From Gaiellaceae bacterium (GTDB taxonomy: Bacteria; Actinomycetota; Thermoleophilia; Gaiellales; Gaiellaceae), in NCBI GenBank assembly GCA_035545195.1, contig DASZYW010000124.1:1-45473 (forward strand): 45,473 bases of DNA, written 5' to 3'. Made by a program: the position numbers and the translations under genes. This document shows positions 29,679-37,389 of the stretch, piece by piece; the stretch's first letter is position 1; each line of letters begins with the position of its first letter. The notes below the pieces were generated by a model. The model worked only from the letters and a program-made list of their open reading frames with translations, did no database searches and was not told the DNA's origin.

Positions 29679-30279
29679 GCCCGGGCACGTCGAGCGCTAC
29701 CTCGCCGAGACGGCGTGGATCGCGGAGCGGATCGACCCCGCCCAGGTCGAGGGGGTCGTCGACGAGCTGCTCCGGCTGCGCGAGCGCAGCGGCCGGCTCT
29801 TCCTCGCCGGCTCGGGCGGCGGCGCCGGGCACGCCTCTCATGCCGCCGCGGACTTCCGCAAGCTGGGCGGCTTCGAGGCGTACGCGGTGAGCGACAACGC
29901 GAGCGAGCTGACCGCACGCGTCAACGACGAGGGCTGGGAGACGAGCTACGCAGAGTGGCTGCGCGCCAGCCGGCTCGGCCCTGCCGACCTCCTCTTCGTC
30001 TTCTCGGTCGGCGGCGGGGACGCCGAGCGCGGGATCAGCGCGAACCTCGTCGCCTGCATCGATCTCGCCCTCCAGGTCGGGGCGCGCGTCTGCGGCGTCG
30101 TCGGCCGCGACGGCGGCCACACCGCGAGACGCGCGCACGCCTGCGTCGTCGTCCCGTCACCCGATCCTGCCTCGGCGACCGCCCACACGGAGAGCTTCCA
30201 GGCCGTGATCTGGCATCTGCTGATCAGCGACCCGAGGATCCTGTCCGCGGCGATGCGCTGGGAGCGGGAGCCGGCCTAG
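29668..30279 (+). CDS. gmhA: SIS-domain sedoheptulose-7-phosphate isomerase-like protein
   Basis: GTG at 29668 overlaps the upstream gene by 11 nt. Motifs seen: FLAGSGGGAGHASHAAADF, AVSDNASELTARVNDEGWE, LLFVFSVGGG, VVGRDGG. The layout is colinear with GmhA. Confidence 0.7.
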   Translation: MPGEPGHVERYLAETAWIAERIDPAQVEGVVDELLRLRERSGRLFLAGSGGGAGHASHAAADFRKLGGFEAYAVSDNASELTARVNDEGWETSYAEWLRASRLGPADLLFVFSVGGGDAERGISANLVACIDLALQVGARVCGVVGRDGGHTARRAHACVVVPSPDPASATAHTESFQAVIWHLLISDPRILSAAMRWEREPA

Positions 30280-30377
30280 TCAGAAGTCCAGCTCCCCCGC
30301 CGGATGCATTGCATCGCCATCAGAACCGTAGTAACGTCGCCCTTGGCGCCGGGGTCGACGGGATGGGGGAACACGGG

Positions 30378-31127
30378 ATGCAGTTCGCGGATCTGAAGGT
30401 TCGTCTCTTTGCCGATGGCGCGGACAAGGCGTCGATGCTCGCGCTCGCCGACAACCCGCTGATCGCGGGGTTCACGACCAACCCGACACTGATGCGCAAG
30501 GCCGGCGTCACCGACTACCACACGTTCGCTCGGGACGTGCTGGCGGCGGTTCCGGACCGGCCGATCTCCTTCGAGGTCGTCTCCGACGACTTCGACGCCA
30601 TGGAACGCGAGGCTCGCGCGCTGGCGGCCTGGGGCGCCAACGTCTGCGTGAAGATCCCGGTCACGAACACTCGGGGCGAGCCCGCCGGCGACCTCGTCCA
30701 CCGACTGGCAGTGGACGGGATCCACGTCAACGTCACCGCGATCCTGACCCTGCCGCAGGTCGAGGCCGCCTGCGAGTGGCTCGCCGGCTGCCGCATCGGC
30801 TACATCTCCGTCTTCGCCGGACGGATCGCCGACACGGGCCGCGACCCGGTTCCGGTCATGGCCGAGGCCGTCCGGATCATGAGCGCGAACTCTGCGCTCG
30901 AGCTCGTCTGGGCGAGCCCGCGCGAGATCCTCAACGTCGTCCAGGCCGACTCGGTCGGCTGCCACATCGTCACGCTGACCGACGACCTGATCGCGAAGCT
31001 GCCGCTGCTCGGCAAGGACCTCGACGAGTTCTCGCTGGAAACCGTCGCGATGTTCGCGCACGATGCGCGCAGCGCCGGACTCTCGGTCGTAGCGGAACCG
31101 GCCGACACGACAGTCGCAGTCGCCTAG
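30378..31127 (+). CDS. transaldolase / fructose-6-phosphate aldolase family (short TalC/FSA-type) protein
   Basis: ATG at 30378 after GGGGGA. Motifs seen: LFADGAD, GFTTNPTLM, VCVKIPVT (Schiff-base Lys context), HVNVTAI, YISVFAGRIAD. Confidence 0.8.
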   Translation: MQFADLKVRLFADGADKASMLALADNPLIAGFTTNPTLMRKAGVTDYHTFARDVLAAVPDRPISFEVVSDDFDAMEREARALAAWGANVCVKIPVTNTRGEPAGDLVHRLAVDGIHVNVTAILTLPQVEAACEWLAGCRIGYISVFAGRIADTGRDPVPVMAEAVRIMSANSALELVWASPREILNVVQADSVGCHIVTLTDDLIAKLPLLGKDLDEFSLETVAMFAHDARSAGLSVVAEPADTTVAVA

Positions 31128-31131
31128 CACA

Positions 31132-32340
31132 GTGACGATGCGAAGTCTCCGGATCCTCGTGGTCCTCTCCAAGCTGTCCCCTCGTTACGGGGGACCGCCT
31201 CGCCGCACCGTCGACTTCTGCGCCGCGCTCGCCGCCCGCGGCCACACGGTCGAGCTGTTCACGACCGACATCGACGGTCCCGACCGACTCGACGTTCCGC
31301 TGGGAACGCCGGTGGAGAGGGACGGCTTCCTCGTCACGTACCACGACGCACGCCCACTCCACGAGTACGCGTTCTCGCTCGGGATCGCGTCCGCTCTGCG
31401 CAGACGGGTGGGCGAGTTCGACGTCGTCCATCTCAAGGGCGTCTACGAGTTCCCGATCGTCGCCGGCGCGTTCTTCTGCCGCCGCCGCCGCGTGCCGTAT
31501 GTCGTCGAGCCGAGCGGCGTCTTCGACCGCTATCACCGCGCCGCTTCCTCCAGGAAGAAAGCGCTCCACGACCTTCTCCTGGGACGGCGCGTACTCGGTG
31601 AAGCCGCGGCGGTCCGGTACGCATCCCACGCGGAACAGCAGCAGGCGATCGAGACCGGGCTCGACCAGGGACGCGGCTGCATCATCCCACCCGGGATGGT
31701 CTTCCCGGACGAGCGCGAGTTGGTTGACGTCGAACGGATACCCGGGCTCGTGTCGTACGTCGGCCGAGTCAGCGCAAAGAAGGGCCTCGACGTCCTCCTC
31801 GACGCCTTTGCCCTCGTCGCGGAGCAGCGGCCGCAGTGCCGTCTGGCACTCGCCGGCAACGACGACGAGGGGCTGACTCCTGAGCTCGAGCGCCGCGCGC
31901 GAGAGCTCGGTATCCGCTCGGCTGTCGAGTTCCACGGAGCGATCGACGGCATCGCGAAATTCCGGCTCCTCGCCGCCTCGGAGGCGTTCGTGCTGCCGAC
32001 CGAGGCCGAGAGCTTCGGCGCGGCCGCCTACGAGGCGATGGCGGTCGGCACTCCGACGATCGTCACGCCGGGTTTGGCCGACCACGCTGCGCTCGAGGCC
32101 GCGGGCGCCGCTGTCGTCGCGGAACGGAACGCGCAGGCGGTGGCGGAGGCGCTCGCAGGCATTCTCGACGATCCCGAGCGGAGCCGCGCGATCGCCGCGG
32201 CGGGCAAACGACACGCGAGGTCGAGCTACTCCCGTGAACACACTGCTGTCGCGCTGGAGCAGCTCTACGCGGGGCTCGTGCAGTGCCGGGACGATCGCGA
32301 CGTCTCGGTGACGTCTGCGTCCGCGGCCGGTTTGCCGTGA
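31132..32340 (+). CDS. GT4-family glycosyltransferase
   Basis: Motifs seen: LRILVVLSKLSPRYGGP and AFVLPTEAESFGAAAYEAMAVGTPTIVT. The start is GTG 31132 or ATG 31138. Confidence 0.75.
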   Translation: MTMRSLRILVVLSKLSPRYGGPPRRTVDFCAALAARGHTVELFTTDIDGPDRLDVPLGTPVERDGFLVTYHDARPLHEYAFSLGIASALRRRVGEFDVVHLKGVYEFPIVAGAFFCRRRRVPYVVEPSGVFDRYHRAASSRKKALHDLLLGRRVLGEAAAVRYASHAEQQQAIETGLDQGRGCIIPPGMVFPDERELVDVERIPGLVSYVGRVSAKKGLDVLLDAFALVAEQRPQCRLALAGNDDEGLTPELERRARELGIRSAVEFHGAIDGIAKFRLLAASEAFVLPTEAESFGAAAYEAMAVGTPTIVTPGLADHAALEAAGAAVVAERNAQAVAEALAGILDDPERSRAIAAAGKRHARSSYSREHTAVALEQLYAGLVQCRDDRDVSVTSASAAGLP

Positions 32341-34400
32341 GGCTCCTCGTCACCGGCGCAACCGGCTTCCTCGGCGCGCCCTTCGTCGAGGCGGCCACAG
32401 CCCGCGGGCACGAGGTCGTGGCGCTCGTCCGCCGGCCAACTGAGCGAGTCGAGCAGTCCGCGAGCTCCGTCGTCGTCGCCGACCTCCCGAAGCTCGGAGA
32501 CGCGGTGCTCCCGAACGGGATCGACGCGGTCGTCAACTTCGCGACCGGTACCTCGGGAACGACCGAGCGAATGATCGACGTCGCCGTGGGCGGCGTGACC
32601 GGACTGACGCAATGGGCGCGCGGGAGCGGCGCCCGACGTTTCGTCCACGTCAGCTCGGTCAGCGTCCTCCCCGGCCGGACCGACGGGAGCCGACTCGAAC
32701 CGCATCCGGACCGCCGTGGCGGCTACGCGCAGGCGAAGACGCTCGCCGAGCAGGCGCTGCACGAGCTCGACGTCGAGCAGCTCCCGTTCGAGCTGACGAT
32801 CGTGCGTCCGGGCCTCGTCTTCGGACCAGGGATGAAGAACCCGCTCGGAGGGACGGCGGCGCGCCTGCCCGGGCGAGTCGCACTCGGCCTCGGCAAGCGG
32901 CGACACGCATTGCCGTTCGTCACGCTCGAGGACACCGTCGACGCCGTGCTCGACCTGCTCGAGCAACCTGCGCGGCCCGGAACCGTGTCCGTCCATCACA
33001 TCCTGTCGGGCTCGCCCCCGCGCAAGGAAGAGATCCTTGCCGAGACGCGGCGCCTGACGGGTTGGCCGGCGCGAACGATCTGGATCCCGCGGCCCGCCGC
33101 GAGCACCCTCGCGTATGCGGCGGAGGCGGTGCTGAGATTGCGCGGCCGCGGCAAGCACCTCCCGTACGTCGTCCGCCGTCTCTACTCGTTCGACGCGCGC
33201 TCGCTCCCGAACGACGTCTGGCCGAAGCTCGGACGCGAGAGCAGGGGCACGCTCGAGCCGGCTCTACGAGACGTACTGTCGCCACGGCGACAGCCGGCGC
33301 TCGTCTGTGCGTATCGCGACCGCATCCGGCCACTGCTCGTCCACCCCGCTGCTGCTCGGGGGGATGCACGCCCGCTGGCGCTCGTCGGAGCAGGGCAGAT
33401 CACGTCCAGCGTCCATGTGCCGGTCCTCCGCACGCCAACCGGGTTCACGCCCGCCGTCGTGGTCGATCGCGACGAGGAGCTTGCCGCGCACGTCGCCGCC
33501 GAGCTCGGTTGCCGCCGCTCGGCCGCGACGCTCGACGAGGCTGGAATCGAGCCCGGCGCAGGCTGGACGGCGGTCGTGGCGACTCCCGGGCCGACGCATT
33601 CCGCGCTCGCGTCGGACCTGCTCGACCGCGGCGCCGGCGTCCTGCTCGAGAAGCCCGCAGCGACCAGCGGCGTCGAGTTCACGCACCTCCTGGCCTCGGC
33701 CGAGAGGAACGGGCTACCCGTGACCGTGTTCCACAACTACCGGCTTCGCCCGGCCAGCCGGCGGCTCTGGGAGTTTCTGACCGCGCACGATCCGGGCGGC
33801 CTCGTGCGCGCCGGCATCGGCTTCTCGTCTCCCGGGCTGCACACGCAAGCCTCGAGCTGGATGCGCGAGGAGAAGCGGAATCGGATCCTGCTCATGGATC
33901 TCGCGATCCACTTCCTCGATCTCGCCTTCCTCGTCGGGGGCGAGCTGGCAACGGTGAGCGAGGTCGACGTCGCCGACGGTCCCGACGGCGGAACCCTCGC
34001 CGTGGACGGAAGCGGACGGCTGGCAGACGGCGCGCGCCTCGACTTCTCCCTCGACCTCGCCGGAACGGCACAGCGCGCCCAGATCACGCTGGAGTTCGAG
34101 CGCGCGACGTGCGTGCTCGACTTCTTCCCGGACGGCTTCCGCATCCTGCCGCCCCGCGCCCACCCCGCGGACGACCTGATCGCCGCGAGCGGCAGGCTCG
34201 GCCGCGCCGTGTGGGCGCTCGCGCGACGCCGGAGCGGCGGGCTGCCGACACGCGCGGTCCCGCATGCCGAGATCTACCGCTGGCACCGGGCCACTCTCGA
34301 CGATCCCGCGCTCGACAGTCCGTTCGCGCTCGCCTCACTCGCTCCGACGATGCGTTCGCTCGACCGGATCTGCGCTGCGGTCTACGGTGGCGGGGAGTGA
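32337..34400 (+). CDS. two-domain fusion: extended-SDR epimerase/dehydratase (N) + Gfo/Idh/MocA oxidoreductase (C)
   Basis: GTGA overlap with the upstream stop. N-domain motifs: LLVTGATGFLGAPF and YAQAK (YxxxK). From about nt 33370: LALVGAGQITSSVHVP, VLLEKPAATS (EKP motif), VFHNYRLRP. Confidence 0.75.
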   Translation: MRLLVTGATGFLGAPFVEAATARGHEVVALVRRPTERVEQSASSVVVADLPKLGDAVLPNGIDAVVNFATGTSGTTERMIDVAVGGVTGLTQWARGSGARRFVHVSSVSVLPGRTDGSRLEPHPDRRGGYAQAKTLAEQALHELDVEQLPFELTIVRPGLVFGPGMKNPLGGTAARLPGRVALGLGKRRHALPFVTLEDTVDAVLDLLEQPARPGTVSVHHILSGSPPRKEEILAETRRLTGWPARTIWIPRPAASTLAYAAEAVLRLRGRGKHLPYVVRRLYSFDARSLPNDVWPKLGRESRGTLEPALRDVLSPRRQPALVCAYRDRIRPLLVHPAAARGDARPLALVGAGQITSSVHVPVLRTPTGFTPAVVVDRDEELAAHVAAELGCRRSAATLDEAGIEPGAGWTAVVATPGPTHSALASDLLDRGAGVLLEKPAATSGVEFTHLLASAERNGLPVTVFHNYRLRPASRRLWEFLTAHDPGGLVRAGIGFSSPGLHTQASSWMREEKRNRILLMDLAIHFLDLAFLVGGELATVSEVDVADGPDGGTLAVDGSGRLADGARLDFSLDLAGTAQRAQITLEFERATCVLDFFPDGFRILPPRAHPADDLIAASGRLGRAVWALARRRSGGLPTRAVPHAEIYRWHRATLDDPALDSPFALASLAPTMRSLDRICAAVYGGGE

Positions 34401-35269
34401 GCGCCCCAGCACCGGCACCGTCCACGCCGCTCTCCGTGCTCATCCCGACCTTGAACGAGCAGGAGAACCTCCCGGCCGCCCTGGCCAGCGTCGCCTTCGC
34501 CGACGACGTGGTGGTCGTCGACTCCGGCAGCACCGACCGCACCGCCGAGCTGGCCGAGGCGGCAGGGGCGCGCGTCGTGACCTTCGCGTATCCCGGGCAC
34601 GGGCCGAAGAAGAAGAACTGGGCGCTCGAGAACGTCGAGTTCCGGCATCCGTGGGTGCTGCTCCTGGACGCCGACGAGCGCGTGAGCGCCGATCTGCGGG
34701 CGGCGATCGAGCGCGCCATCGCCTCGGACGAGTACGAGGGGTACTACATCGACCGCGAGTTCGTCTTCATGGGACGCTCGCTCCGCTGCTTCCGCCCGAA
34801 CTGGAACCCGCGCTTGGTTCGCATCGGCCGCGGCCGGTTCGAGGATCTCGGTCTCTTCGACCTGCCCGGCACCGGCGACAACGAGATCCACGAGCATCTC
34901 GTCATCGACGGCCGCGCGGGGTACCTGCGCGAGCCGCTCGTCCACCAGGACTACCGCGGGATCGGCGAGTGGACGCAACGCCACAACAAGTACGCCACCT
35001 GGGAGGCGCACCTCTACCGGCGCTTCCGCTCGGAGCCAGTCGGCGTCGGGCCGGTCGGCCTGCTGCAGCTCGACCCTGCCGAGCGCAAGCGCGCGCTGCG
35101 GCGCGTCTGGGTCCGGCTTCCCTGTCGCCCGGCGCTTCGATTCTTCGTCTGGTACGTCCTCCGTCGCGGCTTCCTCGACGGCCGCCCCGGCCTGTGGTTC
35201 TGCATGCTGATGAGCTGGTACGAGCTGCTGATCGGGCTCAAGCTGCGTGAGCTGGAAGCCCGGGAGTGA
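34397..35269 (+). CDS. GT2-family glycosyltransferase (GT-A fold)
   Basis: GTGA overlap with the upstream stop. Motifs seen: LSVLIPTLNEQENL, VVVDSGSTDRT, LLLDADERV (DxD), and a C-terminal amphipathic/TM segment. Confidence 0.8.
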   Translation: MSAPAPAPSTPLSVLIPTLNEQENLPAALASVAFADDVVVVDSGSTDRTAELAEAAGARVVTFAYPGHGPKKKNWALENVEFRHPWVLLLDADERVSADLRAAIERAIASDEYEGYYIDREFVFMGRSLRCFRPNWNPRLVRIGRGRFEDLGLFDLPGTGDNEIHEHLVIDGRAGYLREPLVHQDYRGIGEWTQRHNKYATWEAHLYRRFRSEPVGVGPVGLLQLDPAERKRALRRVWVRLPCRPALRFFVWYVLRRGFLDGRPGLWFCMLMSWYELLIGLKLRELEARE

Positions 35270-37389
35270 CCGACCTCAAGTCCCTGCTCGCCTGTCCGGC
35301 GTGCCGTGGCGCGCTCGCGTGGTCGGGCGACGACGCGACGTGCGCAGCCTGCGGCGCGTCCTATCCGGCGGCCGCGGGCATCCCGAGGCTCGTCGCGGAG
35401 ACCGACGCCGTGAAGGACGCCCAGGCAGCGTGGTTCGACAGCGAGGTCGATGCCGAGTACGAGATCGAGCGGCCGCGCGGAACTCCGCGATTCCACGCCT
35501 GGCTCCTGGAGGAGAAGTTCAGACGCAGCGTCGATGCGATCCGCAACGAGCTGCCGGGCGCGAGCGTTGCCGCGGTCTGCGCAGGCTCGGGACTGGACGC
35601 GGAGTTCCTCGCGCGCTGCGGAGCGCGCGTGCTCGCCTTCGACATCTCGCCGGGAGCGGCGATGCGGACGGCCGAGCGCGCCCGCCGGCACGGCCTGACG
35701 ATCCTGCCCATCGTCGCCGACACCGAGCGGCTGCCGCTCGTCGACCGCTCCGTCGACGTCGCCTACGTCCATGACGGGCTCCATCACCTGGAACGGCCAC
35801 TGGCCGGGCTCGCCGAGATGGCGCGCGTAGCCCGCCGCGCGGTGTCGGTCACGGAGCCCGCCCGAGCGACGGCAACAGCGCTCTCCGTGCGGATCGGGTA
35901 CTCCGGCTCGGTCGAAGAGGCCGGCAACCGCGTCGAGCGGCTCCTGCCGGACGAGGTGTCCGGAGTGCTGACACGGGACGGCTTCGACGTCGCAGCCAGC
36001 CGTCGCTACGCAATGGTCTACCGACACGAGGCGGGCGCGCCGATGAGACTGCTCTCCTTGCCGGGCGCCTACACGGTCGCGCGGGGCGGATTCAGGCTCG
36101 CAAACGCGCTTCTCGGGCGGGTCGGCAACAAGCTCGCCGTCCAGGCCGTCCGACCCGGACCGGCGCCGCGGCGGATCCTCGTGAACGAGTTCGGCGGCTT
36201 CCCGTTCCCCGTCGAGCTGAGCCGGGAGCTCGCCGCGCGAGGCGACCGCGTCCTTCACCTCCACTGTCCGTCCTATCCGAACGGACGAGGACGCCTCGAG
36301 CGCGAGATCGGCGATCCGGACGGGTTCGCGTCGGAGCCGATCCCGGTCGCGGGCGGCTTCCGCAAGTACTCGCTCCTGGGACGCCCGATCGACGAGCTGC
36401 GCTACGGGCGCGTGTTGCGCCGTCGCGTGCACTCGTTTCGCCCGGACCTCGTTCTCTCCGACGCGCCGCTGCTCGTCCAGCTCGCCGCGCAGCGCGCCGC
36501 CCGCTCAGCCGGGTCGGCGGTCGTGTTCTGGCAACAGGACGTCCACGGCCTGGCAGTGCGCGAGATCGCGCGCCGGCGGCTCGGGCGTCTCGCCGCGCCC
36601 GTCGCCGCGCTCTATCCGCGACTCGAGCGGCGGCTGCTCAGCCGCAGTGACGCCGTGATCGCCGTCGGCGACTCGTTTCTCGAGCCGCTCACCGCGTGGG
36701 GAGTGCGGCCCGACCGGATCCACGTGCTCGAGAACTGGGCGCCGATCGAGCGTCTGCCGGTGCTCCCGCGCGAGAACGCCTGGCGCGCCGAGCACGGGCT
36801 CGGTTCCGCTCCGGTCCTGCTCTACGGCGGCACGCTCGGCCTGAAGCACGACGTGACACTCCTGCATCGCCTCGCCCGCGACGTGCAGGGAGAGGCGGTG
36901 GTCGTCGTCGCCTCGGAAGGCCTCGGCGCGGACGCGCTCCGCGACCTGCAGCTGCGCGAGCCGCTCGAGAACTTGGTGCTCGTTCCCTTCCAGCCCTTCG
37001 ACCGGCTGGCCGAGATGCTGGCGGCGGCCGACGTCCTGCTCGCGCTCCTCGACCGAGAGCTCGGAAGCTACTCCGTGCCTTCCAAGGTCCTGACGTACCT
37101 CTGCGCAGCGCGTCCGATCGTCGCGGCGGTCGCAGCCGACAACCCCGCCGCGCGCATGCTGGTCGAGACCGCAGCGGGAGTCGTCGTCGAGCCCGAGGAC
37201 TATGACGGTTTCCTGGACGGAGCCAGGCGCCTGCTCGGCGACGCGACGCTGCGGGAGACGCTCGGCGCACACGGACGACGCTACGCCGAGGAGACGTTCC
37301 GGATCGCATCGGTCGCCGAGCGCTTCGAGAAGGTCTTCGAGCTGGCGCTCGGGTCTCGCTCGGCTCAGCGTCCCGCTGCGATGTTGTAG
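35266..37389 (+). CDS. three-module fusion: Trm112-like zinc ribbon + class I SAM methyltransferase + GT4 glycosyltransferase (WcaI/WbuB-like)
   Basis: GTGA overlap with the upstream stop. Motifs seen: LLACPACRGAL...CAACGASYPAAAGIPRL (CxxC..CxxC), VCAGSGLDAEFLARCGARVLAFDISP (motif I), and from about nt 36172 RILVNEFGGFPFPVELSRELAARGDRV...VLLYGGTLGLKHD...SKVLTYLCAARPIVA. Confidence 0.75.
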   Translation: MTDLKSLLACPACRGALAWSGDDATCAACGASYPAAAGIPRLVAETDAVKDAQAAWFDSEVDAEYEIERPRGTPRFHAWLLEEKFRRSVDAIRNELPGASVAAVCAGSGLDAEFLARCGARVLAFDISPGAAMRTAERARRHGLTILPIVADTERLPLVDRSVDVAYVHDGLHHLERPLAGLAEMARVARRAVSVTEPARATATALSVRIGYSGSVEEAGNRVERLLPDEVSGVLTRDGFDVAASRRYAMVYRHEAGAPMRLLSLPGAYTVARGGFRLANALLGRVGNKLAVQAVRPGPAPRRILVNEFGGFPFPVELSRELAARGDRVLHLHCPSYPNGRGRLEREIGDPDGFASEPIPVAGGFRKYSLLGRPIDELRYGRVLRRRVHSFRPDLVLSDAPLLVQLAAQRAARSAGSAVVFWQQDVHGLAVREIARRRLGRLAAPVAALYPRLERRLLSRSDAVIAVGDSFLEPLTAWGVRPDRIHVLENWAPIERLPVLPRENAWRAEHGLGSAPVLLYGGTLGLKHDVTLLHRLARDVQGEAVVVVASEGLGADALRDLQLREPLENLVLVPFQPFDRLAEMLAAADVLLALLDRELGSYSVPSKVLTYLCAARPIVAAVAADNPAARMLVETAAGVVVEPEDYDGFLDGARRLLGDATLRETLGAHGRRYAEETFRIASVAERFEKVFELALGSRSAQRPAAML

